The translations under genes and the position numbers were made by a program. This document shows positions 38,133 to 47,979 of a DNA stretch of 64,000 nucleotides, in pieces (position 1 is the first letter of the stretch; the number at the start of each line of letters is the position of its first letter). Under the pieces are notes generated by a model. That model did no database searches. It was not told the origin of the DNA and saw only the letters and a list, made by a program, of their open reading frames with translations. Origin of the DNA: Patescibacteria group bacterium (GTDB taxonomy: Bacteria > Patescibacteriota > Patescibacteriia > GWA2-46-9); NCBI GenBank assembly GCA_041675205.1, contig JBAYUF010000004.1, positions 29,898 through 93,897 on the forward strand. Reading direction: 5' to 3'.

Positions 38133-38903
38133 CTACGGTACCAGCGGGATCATCATTGGTGCGCCTGGCCGCATCATCCTGCCCCTAAATTGTTCGCCAT
38201 CAACCGGCCGTAAACCATCGGCCATGATTATGCCATTATTGTGATTACCTAAAACAATAACGACATCACCCATCTTGAGATCTAAACCACTTGGCAGGCG
38301 TGTCTGTCGTGTGACGACGACGCGTACATCGTCACCATTACGAAGCGTCATAGTAAAACCATCATCCGTCCATTCCGCAACCGTACCCACATTCACCCGT
38401 GGCGTTTCCCGTGTGTCGAGTGATCGGTAGAAAGGTTCTGCGAAAGGCACATGCCGGCGCAGCGCTTGATCAGCAAACGTGCGGTGTAAGCGAACACGAT
38501 CGAATAGAAAACTCCCCACGAGAAACAGGATGAACAGCACGACTGCAGAGTATACGAGCGGTTGACGATATGCGAATTGAAAATGCTTAACAAGGTACAC
38601 CAAAGCGAGTAAGACCAGACCTGCAAATCCCGCTACAAGCCATGGGAATGACCAGAAAAGGATGCCAAACCCGGGAGCTCCAAATGCTGGCATGAAAAAA
38701 GTTCCGTTCATCCGCATAATGAACATGGCTAGACTCCCGACAAAGATGACAACGGCAAATCCGAAGAGCACCATGGTCACAAAAAGGATGCCTCGTATTA
38801 AAAAATGCCAACGCGGCCGCATACTAACATCCTTGTTATGGATGCGCTCAAGCACGGCTTTCCCTAGGTCGGTCAAGGATGGTGTGGTTTTTTTATCTTC
38901 CAT
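38133..38903 (-). CDS. Membrane protein, probable anti-sigma partner
   Basis: Overlaps the ECF sigma stop; 3 TM plus C-terminal OB-like beta domain. Confidence 0.7.
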   Translation of the reverse strand: MEDKKTTPSLTDLGKAVLERIHNKDVSMRPRWHFLIRGILFVTMVLFGFAVVIFVGSLAMFIMRMNGTFFMPAFGAPGFGILFWSFPWLVAGFAGLVLLALVYLVKHFQFAYRQPLVYSAVVLFILFLVGSFLFDRVRLHRTFADQALRRHVPFAEPFYRSLDTRETPRVNVGTVAEWTDDGFTMTLRNGDDVRVVVTRQTRLPSGLDLKMGDVVIVLGNHNNGIIMADGLRPVDGEQFRGRMMRPGAPMMIPLVP

Positions 38904-39453
38904 AGGGATGTCGTTTTTCATAAAGCTGACGAAGTGCCTCTTTTGCCCGAAGTAATCGGACACCAACAGTGGCGATGGGAATCTCTAAAATATCCGCTAT
39001 CTCTTGGTAGCTCATATCTTCAAAGTAATAAAAAATGAGCGGCTCACGGTACTTAACGTCAAGCAATTGAATAAGCTCGTCGAAGGCATCACGAAGTTCC
39101 CGTTCTAAAATATTCTTATCTGTTCGTTCTGCGGCAATTGGGTGCGGAAAAAGTACGTCAGGATCAAAGAAAGGCAACGCGTCGTGGCCAGACTTTTTTA
39201 TGGCGTTCACAAATTCGTTATGTGCTATCCGGTACAGCCATGGAGAAAAACGACGCTTCGCATTAAAACTATTTAAATTGACGTACGCTTTCAAAAAAAC
39301 ATCTTGCACCTTATCCTCAGCGTCTTCTCGCGTCGAAAGAAACCGACGGGCATACCGCAGCATCTTTCCCTCATACCGTTCAACAAGCGCAGCAAATGCA
39401 CTCACATCGCCCCGCTGTACAGACGCGGCTATTTCCTCGTCAGACTCTACCAT
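38893..39453 (-). CDS. ECF RNA polymerase sigma factor
   Basis: AED.VQDVFLKAY, FSPWLYRIAHN, SYQEIADIL.IP..TV..RL.RA. Confidence 0.95.
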   Translation of the reverse strand: MVESDEEIAASVQRGDVSAFAALVERYEGKMLRYARRFLSTREDAEDKVQDVFLKAYVNLNSFNAKRRFSPWLYRIAHNEFVNAIKKSGHDALPFFDPDVLFPHPIAAERTDKNILERELRDAFDELIQLLDVKYREPLIFYYFEDMSYQEIADILEIPIATVGVRLLRAKEALRQLYEKRHPYGR

Positions 39454-39499
39454 AGCTACCTTATACTACCCTTTTCTGTCCGATTTCTTTCACCTACCC

Positions 39500-39931
39500 C
39501 TACGACTGTTTTCCTTTTAGAGCGTGTAGCAGCGAAATAATTTCTTTCAGTTTTTCATCTTCAATTCGTGCTAATGCCTGTTGCAACTCTTCAATTTCTT
39601 CTTTTGCACGCTTGTTTGTTTCGTAATCGTCCAAAGCTTGAACACGATCCCGTTCACCTTGACGATTCTGCGACATCATAATTATCGGTGCCGCATACGC
39701 CGCCTGCGTAGAAAATAGTAAGTTCAGCAATATGAAAGGGTACGGGTCCCACCGTAACGTGTAGGCGACCAAATTAAGAACAATCCACACGAAGACAAGA
39801 ACACTTTGCAAAATAATGAAGTGCCAGGAGCCCATATATGCTGCCACCGCATCAGCCAAGCGTTGACCTACCGTTCGCTCTTCGTTATGACGTTCGTGCC
39901 AGGTTTTTATTTGGTTTGAGATATATGACAT
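39500..39931 (-). CDS. DUF1003 membrane protein
   Basis: GSW.FI, DPYPFILLNL.FS.QAAYAAPII.MSQNRQ. Confidence 0.92.
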   Translation of the reverse strand: MSYISNQIKTWHERHNEERTVGQRLADAVAAYMGSWHFIILQSVLVFVWIVLNLVAYTLRWDPYPFILLNLLFSTQAAYAAPIIMMSQNRQGERDRVQALDDYETNKRAKEEIEELQQALARIEDEKLKEIISLLHALKGKQS

Positions 39932-39962
39932 AGTGAAAGTATAGCATGACTCTCAAGCTACC

Positions 39963-41078
39963 TTACACTGCCGCAGGCTTCTCTCGACCAAAAACAATTG
40001 CCGCCAGCAAGCTACTTAACGGCACTGCCAAAACAAGTGCGGAAGAACCAACCAGCGTACGAATGACTTCTTCTATAATTATTTGGCTGTTTAACGTTAC
40101 CCAAAGTGGCTGAGTAGGAAAGGCGGCCACGAGCAAAAACAAAGGGAACGATGCGCCGGCATAGGCCAGGGCCAGTGTATTCACGAGCGCTGCAATATGC
40201 TCTCGACCCACCGACATACCACGGTGATAAAGTTCGGTTACCGAAAGTGAACCATTCGCTTTGTGGATTTCCTCGATAGCCGCTACCTGACTCGTTGTAA
40301 CGTCATCGAGTACGCCTAAGGTACCAATAATGATGGCACCAAAAAGTAAACCACGTAAATCAAGATTCTCAAACTGCCCAACCTGAATGTAGTACGCCTC
40401 TTCTGAAGCAGCACCGGAAAGTTTTGCAAACAGCACTGCCAGCCCAGCCACCGCAACGGTACCAAGCAAGGTGAGTAAGGTGCTGGTCAACGCCAGCCAT
40501 GTACGTTGCGTATGGCCATGGGCAACAAAAATTGAAATAACCGCAATCACGGCGGCACCCAAGACGCACACCCACAGCGGGCTGTACCCATGAAGAATGA
40601 GTGGCACAATTGCGAAAGCAATTACCGCAATACTAATGCCAAGGCCCACTATCGCACCTATCCCCTGACGTCTTCCTACTACTGCGACCAATAAAAAGAA
40701 TAGTCCGAACAGAGCGCCAACCCGCGGCAATCGATAGCGTTCGGCTATGTAATAACGCTCTAACGACTCATCATCTTCCGACCGAATCAGAACGACTGTT
40801 TCACCAGCAACTGCAAACTCACCCTCTCGAACGAGGTAATCACCGCCATGACGGATATCAAAAATTTCACCAGCATCAAGGCCACCAAGAACTCGAACAC
40901 GTACATCTTGATAGGTTGATGCGCCATTTTCTGTTTCATCGCTCCCGGTGCGTAGTACTTCAATCACCTCGCCGCGAACATAGGTATTGTAAATAACCGG
41001 CGCTTCTGTTTCTGCGGCAGCAATTATCGGCAGCGACCAAACAATGATGCTGAGGAGAGCAATAGTTCGACTACGCAT
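39963..41078 (-). CDS. YibE/F family membrane protein
   Basis: IG.LGVLDDVT..Q, VGREHI..LVNTL.LAYAG. Confidence 0.92.
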   Translation of the reverse strand: MRSRTIALLSIIVWSLPIIAAAETEAPVIYNTYVRGEVIEVLRTGSDETENGASTYQDVRVRVLGGLDAGEIFDIRHGGDYLVREGEFAVAGETVVLIRSEDDESLERYYIAERYRLPRVGALFGLFFLLVAVVGRRQGIGAIVGLGISIAVIAFAIVPLILHGYSPLWVCVLGAAVIAVISIFVAHGHTQRTWLALTSTLLTLLGTVAVAGLAVLFAKLSGAASEEAYYIQVGQFENLDLRGLLFGAIIIGTLGVLDDVTTSQVAAIEEIHKANGSLSVTELYHRGMSVGREHIAALVNTLALAYAGASFPLFLLVAAFPTQPLWVTLNSQIIIEEVIRTLVGSSALVLAVPLSSLLAAIVFGREKPAAV

Positions 41079-41499
41079 GTTTCTTAGAGCAGCGCATGCA
41101 AAGTCCAAAAAATTCTAAGGCGTGTTCGTCAATACGAGCGAAAGATTTTGTTTGTTTCAATACTTTTCGACGTACAGCAGCAATACCACACTCTTGAAAA
41201 TTCTCTACTGCTCCGCAGTTTCGACACACTACGTGATGATGGTCGTCTGAAGCAACTTCATAGTGCGCATGGCCATGACGCAAATTGACTTGCCGCACAG
41301 CGCCGCAGTTCTCAAGCGATTCAAGTGTTCTGTACACGGTCGCTTGATCAGTCGTCGCCGTAAGCCCAGCAAGAACACCGCGGATACTAAGCGGCCCAGG
41401 CGCGTGTAGTAATGTGTCTAAAATAGCAACGCGTGAAGCAGTTACCCGTAGACCTTTTGATTTTAAGATATTCCTTGAAGTGACTGTAATTTTTTTCAT
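41071..41499 (-). CDS. fur: Fur family regulator
   Basis: GLRVT..R, ATVYRTL, HHHVVC..CG, FFGLC..C. Confidence 0.92.
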   Translation of the reverse strand: MKKITVTSRNILKSKGLRVTASRVAILDTLLHAPGPLSIRGVLAGLTATTDQATVYRTLESLENCGAVRQVNLRHGHAHYEVASDDHHHVVCRNCGAVENFQECGIAAVRRKVLKQTKSFARIDEHALEFFGLCMRCSKKHA

Positions 41500-41506
41500 A
41501 CCGTTG

Positions 41507-41875
41507 CTACTCAAGTAGCAGGAACGTTGCGCTGACGTTACGGTCAGAAAAACGATACTCCAGAATTTCGCCTTCAGCTTTCTTCTCTGCTAACCACATC
41601 GCAACAACTTTTCGTAAGGCGCCAGTGCCGATACCAAAAATTATCTTACCTGTGCGCTGACTCTGGTACACCGCTTGATCCAAAAAATCATCCAACTCAC
41701 GAAGCGCTTCAGCCACATTCTTCCCGTGTAAATCTAGCTGTGGGGTTTCTGGATTCACCCCTGCTGCCGCCAATATGGTGCCACGGATATCCGAAACTGG
41801 TGGGGCAACTTCGCTAGGTGAACCAGCACCTTCGCGCATTTTCAATTTCCATGATTTTGGCATAAGCGTAAGCAT
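41507..41875 (-). CDS. Smr domain protein
   Basis: LDLHG..V.EA...L..FL, I.G.GTG.LR. Confidence 0.85.
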   Translation of the reverse strand: MLTLMPKSWKLKMREGAGSPSEVAPPVSDIRGTILAAAGVNPETPQLDLHGKNVAEALRELDDFLDQAVYQSQRTGKIIFGIGTGALRKVVAMWLAEKKAEGEILEYRFSDRNVSATFLLLE

Positions 41876-41958
41876 AACGTACTATTCATAAACCGTAAAA
41901 AACAGGCATAACTTATGTAACGCCTGTTTCTTGCCACCCAGCATGCTAAACTTATCAT

Positions 41959-43803
41959 ATGAATAATCGAATAAACTACCTGTTACTTGCCAGTATAGTC
42001 CTTAGTGCCACGCTGGCTGCTGTGCTCTACTTCGTGGGTAGTAATCTTGCTACTACCGTGCTATTCGTCACGCTCATTGTTGGCAGCCTCCCGACGGGCT
42101 ATCGAATTATTCGCTCAGCGCTACGAGGCCAAATGGGTGCGGATTTTATTGCGCTTGCCGCCATTTTGACAGCACTTATCATGGGCCAGTATCTGGCTGG
42201 CGTTGCGATTCTCCTCATGCTCACCACGGGTGAAGCCCTAGATTCCTACGCCCAAGGTCGTGCCACGGCCGAGCTTACGAAGCTACTCGAAAACACACCA
42301 CGCACAGCGCACCGACAACAAACGAATGGACAAATTGAAGACATACCCATAGAAGCAGTCGTTATTGGAGACACCCTCATAATTAAACCAAGCGAAATCG
42401 TGCCAATTGACTGTGTGGTTATCCAGGGCGACATCACAATAGATGAATCTGCTATCACCGGTGAAAGTTTACCCGTCAGTAAATCCCCAGGTTCAATTGT
42501 ATACAGTGGCTCGATTACCACCGATCAGCCCTTTACTGCCCGAGCCACTAGCACAAGTGCAGCCAGCCGTTATCAAACAATTGTTCGCCTCGTACGCAAT
42601 GCCCAGGAAGAACGCTCCCCCATTGTTCGCCTGGCGGACAAGTACGCTGGTCAATTCACCATTGCAACCTTTTTACTTGCCGGCCTGGCGTGGTTTGTTT
42701 CTGGTGACCCAACCCGCATGCTCGCTGTGCTTGTTGTTGCCTCGCCTTGCCCGCTTATACTTGCAGCACCCATAGCAATGATTTCTGGCATCAGTAAGGC
42801 TGCCAGCCGAGGCGTTATTATGAAAAGCGGCTCGGCACTTGAACGGTTAGCTGGCGCTCGAGGCCTTATTTTTGACAAAACCGGCACCCTCACGGTTGGG
42901 AAACCAACGGCTGTCCGTATTGTTGCTTTTGACGCACATACCGAAGATGACGTCCTCAGCATTGCCGCCTCAGTGGATCAACTTTCCACGCATGTTTTTG
43001 CTCGAGCTATCGTAGCTGAGGCACAAAGTAAAAAGCTTCAGCTTGTATACCCTGAGGCTTTTTCCGAAGTTATTAGTCACGGCACTGTCGGCACGATCAA
43101 AGGAACGCGCTACGTCGTTGGCTCCCTGCAACACATACATAAGCAAAAGCTAGCAATTCCCACAACACTCGCCGCAATCGAAGCAACGGCTCGTGAGGAA
43201 GGTTTGTCAGTCGTTTGTGTGGCCAGTGAAACTGCCATACTCGGATATATCCTGTTCGCTGATGTCATTCAACCTGATGTGCATGATTTATTCCAAAAAA
43301 TACGTAGTCACTCGTTACAAAAAATTGTCATGCTAACGGGAGACAAAATCGCTGTGGCTGAAAAAATTTCCGCAGCGGTCGGCATTGAGGAATACCACGC
43401 GGAACTACTTCCGGAAGACAAAGTACTGTGGGTTAAAAAACTACAGACCGAGCACGGCCCCATGGCCATGGTTGGTGACGGCATTAACGACGCACCAGCT
43501 CTCGCCGCTGCCTCCGTTGGCATTGCCATCGCCCACGGTGGAGCAACAGCAGCATCCGAAACAGGTGACATTATTATCACTGGTGCCGGCATTGCCAACA
43601 TTCACGATGCTATCCACATTGCCCAGCGTTCGAGTCAACTCGCGAAACAAAGTATCGGCGTTGGCATGGGTCTAAGTATCGGGCTTATGGTTTTTGCGGC
43701 GTTCGGTTACATTCCACCAGTACTCGGTGCGGTACTGCAAGAAGTCGTTGACGTTATTGTTATTGCCAACGCACTTCGACTACACCTTGAAACAATTACG
43801 TAA
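41959..43803 (+). CDS. Heavy-metal P1B-type ATPase (P1B-5-like)
   Basis: TGES, SPCP, DKTGTLT, GDGINDAPALA, QEVVD. Confidence 0.94.
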   Translation: MNNRINYLLLASIVLSATLAAVLYFVGSNLATTVLFVTLIVGSLPTGYRIIRSALRGQMGADFIALAAILTALIMGQYLAGVAILLMLTTGEALDSYAQGRATAELTKLLENTPRTAHRQQTNGQIEDIPIEAVVIGDTLIIKPSEIVPIDCVVIQGDITIDESAITGESLPVSKSPGSIVYSGSITTDQPFTARATSTSAASRYQTIVRLVRNAQEERSPIVRLADKYAGQFTIATFLLAGLAWFVSGDPTRMLAVLVVASPCPLILAAPIAMISGISKAASRGVIMKSGSALERLAGARGLIFDKTGTLTVGKPTAVRIVAFDAHTEDDVLSIAASVDQLSTHVFARAIVAEAQSKKLQLVYPEAFSEVISHGTVGTIKGTRYVVGSLQHIHKQKLAIPTTLAAIEATAREEGLSVVCVASETAILGYILFADVIQPDVHDLFQKIRSHSLQKIVMLTGDKIAVAEKISAAVGIEEYHAELLPEDKVLWVKKLQTEHGPMAMVGDGINDAPALAAASVGIAIAHGGATAASETGDIIITGAGIANIHDAIHIAQRSSQLAKQSIGVGMGLSIGLMVFAAFGYIPPVLGAVLQEVVDVIVIANALRLHLETIT

Positions 43804-43808
43804 GTTCA

Positions 43809-44585
43809 CTATCGCCAAAAGGCGTACAATGCCGCCAAGCCAATGCGGTAGTACCCAAACACAGTAAAATCATTTTTTGCCACATAGTGAAGTAACCAAC
43901 GAATGCTGAGTAGCGCAACGATAAATGCCGTTACAAATCCCACCACCAGAAGGTCCACATTCGCCCGAGTAAACAGTTCATAATTCTTTACGATATCCAG
44001 CATACTTGCCGCTGCAATTGTTGGCACTGCTAACAAAAAAGAAAACGCCACAATTGTTTGACGTCGAAGCCCCAAAAGTAGTCCACCAATAATGGTCGCG
44101 CCGGAACGCGACACCCCTGGGATAATTGCAACTGACTGAAAACAGCCGATTAAAAAACAGGTGTGGTAAGAAAGTTCAGAAATTTCAGCAGTCGTCGTTA
44201 TACTCGACTGACCGCGCCATTTTTCAAATACAAGTATAACGACACCGCCAAGAAACAGTGCCCAGAGCACAACCGTGGTATTGGCAAGTACATATTGTTT
44301 CAAAAACGGATAGAGCAGTATTCCAACGAGTCCGGTTGGCACAAACGCTACAGCTAAGCGCATAAGCACTTGCCATTGCAAAAAACTGCGCCAATAAAGG
44401 GTCACAACAGCCAGTATGGCACCGAGCTGAATAATAATTTCAAAACTTTTCAAAAAATCATCCGCCGTAATTCCGAGCACCTGACTTGTCAAAATAAGAT
44501 GCGCCGTTGAAGAAACAGGCAAGAACTCCGTTAGCCCTTCAACGATACCGAGAATGATGGCGTCAAAATAGGTCATGTGTGCCAC
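43809..44585 (-). CDS. uppP: Undecaprenyl-diphosphatase
   Basis: GIVEGLTEFLPVSSTAH, PGVSRSGAT, FSFLL. Confidence 0.96.
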   Translation of the reverse strand: MAHMTYFDAIILGIVEGLTEFLPVSSTAHLILTSQVLGITADDFLKSFEIIIQLGAILAVVTLYWRSFLQWQVLMRLAVAFVPTGLVGILLYPFLKQYVLANTTVVLWALFLGGVVILVFEKWRGQSSITTTAEISELSYHTCFLIGCFQSVAIIPGVSRSGATIIGGLLLGLRRQTIVAFSFLLAVPTIAAASMLDIVKNYELFTRANVDLLVVGFVTAFIVALLSIRWLLHYVAKNDFTVFGYYRIGLAALYAFWR

Positions 44586-44594
44586 ACTATCAAT

Positions 44595-45578
44595 TTAACG
44601 CTGTACCTGCTTCCAGCGCCACGAAATTAGAGTGACAAAGTAACGAAGATTCAACAGAAAAACTATTGTGTTCAAAACAACCAGCACACTTCCCACGCTT
44701 GCCAATACTCCAGCACTGACTCTGCTTAAAACATGAACCAACCACCACAGAAACGGGGCTGATGGATCTTCTTGTAGCTCATCAGAAAATAATAACTGTA
44801 CAGCAAGTTGAGGGCCACGATTGGCAGCCACCAAAAAAATATAGCCAACGAATATCCCCGCGACAGTCGACAGCATCGAGAAAAATACTACTTGTCGACC
44901 ACGGGCACTCGTCGGCATGGCAAATAATTGTAATCTTAACTGCGCTGACAAGATATCACCAATCATGGCAATACGACGTTTTAATCCAATCGTGAAGCCA
45001 AATTTTTTTTCTTTTACTACCTGTGTAACGCCAGGAAGCATGACAAAGCTCAAACCCTTACTGTAATGCTGCGCATAAAAATTAAGACCAGTTTCTACCC
45101 GAAAACGAACTTTGTAATAATCAGGCAATAACTTCCATAGCGCTTTAGTTAATGCACGTTCTCCACCCAAAAGCGCCGTGAACGCTAATACGTACCGCAA
45201 ATAGTAAACCGTTCGATGTCGCATACCCACGCACATTGCCACCTCTCCGTACAATACGGGCTCAAGAATCTTATCAATCGCTGAGTGAGTTAAGCCGACG
45301 ATATCGGCATCGGTAAAAAAGAGGAGTTCGCCCGTGGCAACCTTAACGCCAGCAGCAAGGGCTTGAGCTTTACCATGATTTTTTTGAAGACGAACCAATC
45401 GAACTGGGTAACGGGCAACAATCTCCGACAGATTATCGGTGGAACCGTCATCAACCACAATGACTTCAGAAAATCCAGTATACGTCGTCAAAACATCGAG
45501 CACGGTGGCTATTCGTGCAGCTTCGTTGAATGCGGCAACAATGGCGGTTACTTTTTGAGAAGACGATTCGATAGCCAT
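44595..45578 (-). CDS. GT2 glycosyltransferase with C-terminal TM segments
   Basis: AFNE, VVDDGSTD, GKA.A, F.DAD. Confidence 0.9.
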   Translation of the reverse strand: MAIESSSQKVTAIVAAFNEAARIATVLDVLTTYTGFSEVIVVDDGSTDNLSEIVARYPVRLVRLQKNHGKAQALAAGVKVATGELLFFTDADIVGLTHSAIDKILEPVLYGEVAMCVGMRHRTVYYLRYVLAFTALLGGERALTKALWKLLPDYYKVRFRVETGLNFYAQHYSKGLSFVMLPGVTQVVKEKKFGFTIGLKRRIAMIGDILSAQLRLQLFAMPTSARGRQVVFFSMLSTVAGIFVGYIFLVAANRGPQLAVQLLFSDELQEDPSAPFLWWLVHVLSRVSAGVLASVGSVLVVLNTIVFLLNLRYFVTLISWRWKQVQR

Positions 45579-46123
45579 ACCGTGATGGGCTGATACGTGA
45601 AAAAGACGAGCACTAATACGAGTAACGCTACTTCAACATGACCAAAATACGAAATAAGGTTCACAGAACCGCGACCAGCCAACCAGCCCAGTAGCACCAT
45701 GACCGTTAGCCACAGTATGGCGCCGGCAGTATCAAAAAAAAGAAACGTACTGAACCGAAGTCGCCGGGTAGCGAGATATAGTAATGTCAGAATACGGGTT
45801 CCGTAGAGAAATTTAATAAATAGTAACGCCAAAAATGGTTTGGTGCCGAATCGCTCTTCAATAGTCGCCAGTACCGTTTCGTATTTTTTTTGATAGCGAC
45901 GGAAGACAAAAGTCGTTGCCTGACGACCAAATAAAAACCAAACGCTATCTGAGAATACCGTTCCGAGTAACGCGACCCACCACACCACGACCGGAGACCA
46001 TAACCCCTGTCCCGACAAAAATGCAGCCGTAAGAATAACACTTTCACCAAAGAAAACACTGCCTAAAAAAATGCCAAAAACGTGATGAGCAATGATAAAT
46101 TGGATAACTGCAGGGCTAATCAT
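45548..46123 (-). CDS. DedA family membrane protein
   Basis: GE..IL.A.FL, G...SD..WF..GR, KF.YG.R. Confidence 0.85.
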   Translation of the reverse strand: MISPAVIQFIIAHHVFGIFLGSVFFGESVILTAAFLSGQGLWSPVVVWWVALLGTVFSDSVWFLFGRQATTFVFRRYQKKYETVLATIEERFGTKPFLALLFIKFLYGTRILTLLYLATRRLRFSTFLFFDTAGAILWLTVMVLLGWLAGRGSVNLISYFGHVEVALLVLVLVFFTYQPITVWLSNRLLKK

Positions 46124-46266
46124 TGCTTCTAGTATACCTTGAATCGACCGAATGCAGACACTACACAACTTCTAGAACTATTGAGCCTTGTTTTTTCCTT
46201 TGCAGGGTCTACTATTGTGGGTACTACGTACTACTCGGCACGTAGAATTCCAGCAGGAGAAACGCC

Positions 46267-46386
46267 ATGCAAGGAGCACGTCGCGCACGCAGCTGTGAAG
46301 GCAAGGATCCGGACTTCGAAGAGAACCTCGATCCGGAACCGGACACCGCAACCGACACCGAAGTCGAAGAGGACGACGAGGACTAG
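46267..46386 (+). CDS. 39-aa acidic peptide (MQGARRARSCEGKDPDFEENLDPEPDTATDTEVEEDDED)
   Basis: Hand-translated; AGGAG SD; TTGTTT-N16-TACTAT upstream; hairpin 46441-46472; not in the ORF track. Confidence 0.55.
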   Translation: MQGARRARSCEGKDPDFEENLDPEPDTATDTEVEEDDED

Positions 46387-46472
46387 ATCCCGTCTACCCT
46401 ACCACTTCATTCGGCCAGCAAGGCCGACAAGCCAACATACGGCGGGCGGTTACCAACTGGAACCGACCCGCC

Positions 46473-47018
46473 TCAATTTTTTATAGCGTCCAGTTTGTAG
46501 GTCCACCCTGGCTGCCACTGCCATGCCGCCGTCACAGTCTTTCGTAGTGGCACATCGTTTATTACATTTTCGAGACCGTACTGCGTGGCTCGGGAACCAA
46601 TGACAAGTACTGTTTTGCCATTATACTGGCTGAGAACATCGGTCAAAAAACTTTTCATAAGTTCCGTTGTTTGCTGGTAGCTCTGACCACCTGGAAATGG
46701 TTCTTCAATGTAATTCCCTCGACAACGCTCTACTTCACTACTTGCCCGTCTTGTGAAATCACCATAGTCACATTCCCGCAGTCGCTTATCTTTTAGAACA
46801 GGGAATGGGCGACCGGCAAACGCCAACTCGCCCGTTCTGTATGAACGCTGCAAATCAGAACAAAAAACAGCGGCAAATTCTTGATTCCGATATCGCTCAC
46901 CAAGTGCTTTCGCTTGCGACTCACCCACCGTCGACAGTGCAACATCAAAATCCCCCGAGGCTATTCCAGCTTCATTGTCTAAGGACGTTGCGTGTGACTC
47001 AAAAATAAGTGTAACCAT
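46473..47018 (-). CDS. Histidine phosphatase family protein
   Basis: ESHATS.DNE, SDL.RS..T, RLRECDYG, FPGG.S. Confidence 0.85.
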   Translation of the reverse strand: MVTLIFESHATSLDNEAGIASGDFDVALSTVGESQAKALGERYRNQEFAAVFCSDLQRSYRTGELAFAGRPFPVLKDKRLRECDYGDFTRRASSEVERCRGNYIEEPFPGGQSYQQTTELMKSFLTDVLSQYNGKTVLVIGSRATQYGLENVINDVPLRKTVTAAWQWQPGWTYKLDAIKN

Positions 47019-47073
47019 TCTACGTGTTCAACAGACTTCCGCAACAACGCTTGTTTATATCTGTGAAGTGGCT

Positions 47074-47496
47074 TTATCGTTTCTTATACGCTGCTCGAGC
47101 TGGTCGTTCTTCACCACGAGAGCCTGATCCTAAAACTTTCAAAATCATGTCGAGCTTGCTATTCAACGTTCGAAGCTGTTCGTTTAAGGAAGATTCTTTG
47201 TCAGGGCGAATCTCACCGTCAAATCGACGAGCGGTACTCGCTCCTGTTGAGCCATAGGCAGGAGCATCTGCAACGCCTTCCCGTTTATAGCAAATCGAGC
47301 AAAATACTGGCTTTTTACCATTTGGCTTAAAAGGAACCATGCACTCTTTGCCGCACTTAACGCACGTGGCAGTATGCAGCTCTGTTCGGACATCGTCTCT
47401 ACTCGGCCCACTCTTTTTCCAAGGTTTGTCATTATTGAACTTGCTGCTGGTGCTGCGCTTGTCGCGAGAATTCCTATCGTACGTTTTTTTTATCAT
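47074..47496 (-). CDS. CxxC-x17-CxxC domain protein
   Basis: C.KCG.EC.VPFKP...KPVFCS.C. Confidence 0.9.
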   Translation of the reverse strand: MIKKTYDRNSRDKRSTSSKFNNDKPWKKSGPSRDDVRTELHTATCVKCGKECMVPFKPNGKKPVFCSICYKREGVADAPAYGSTGASTARRFDGEIRPDKESSLNEQLRTLNSKLDMILKVLGSGSRGEERPARAAYKKR

Positions 47497-47650
47497 AAAT
47501 GCAGTGTTAGCTAATTGGCTTGAGCCTATGCTAAATAAGGTAAATTGGCAAGGTAAGTAGCTTGCTATTTCAAATGATTACTTATAGAATCTGCGCACTG
47601 TTTACCTACGGCAACGGCCTGGAAACAGAATACGACCGAGAGGTTATACA

Positions 47651-47947
47651 TTGAGCCAGCTTCAAGACGGTTACATTTTTATCAGTGGGCCGGTTGGCTA
47701 TGACGGTGTCGTGGCCCTGGCTAAACCTGGTGCACCTGAAGCCTGGGTGCATCTCCTTGACGGTGTTACGGGTGCTCATGTGCATCGCGTAGAGCACCTA
47801 AGGGAGCTCATCAGTGGCAGACTGGCCACTCGCGACAAGAAAGGGTGGACCAACGCATCCCTACTCTTCGCCGTAGAGCCGAACACCGACGGCAAGACCG
47901 GGGAAATCATCCCCTTCGCCAAGTTCCGGCGGATGCTCGGCGTCTAG
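47651..47947 (+). CDS. Orphan 98-aa protein (cassette 7)
   Basis: TTG start with GAGAGG SD; TTGCTA-N17-TAGAAT promoter at 47562-47590; 3' hairpin 47973-48025. Confidence 0.6.
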   Translation: MSQLQDGYIFISGPVGYDGVVALAKPGAPEAWVHLLDGVTGAHVHRVEHLRELISGRLATRDKKGWTNASLLFAVEPNTDGKTGEIIPFAKFRRMLGV

Positions 47948-47979
47948 CCGAACGAACGCCGGGAGCGACTGCTGGCGGG

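Noticed and set aside
46388-46472. TCTACCCTAC and bulged-A hairpin as a group II intron 3' end
   Set aside because: No domain V with the AGC/CGC triad, the elements are in the wrong order, and there is no intron-encoded protein.
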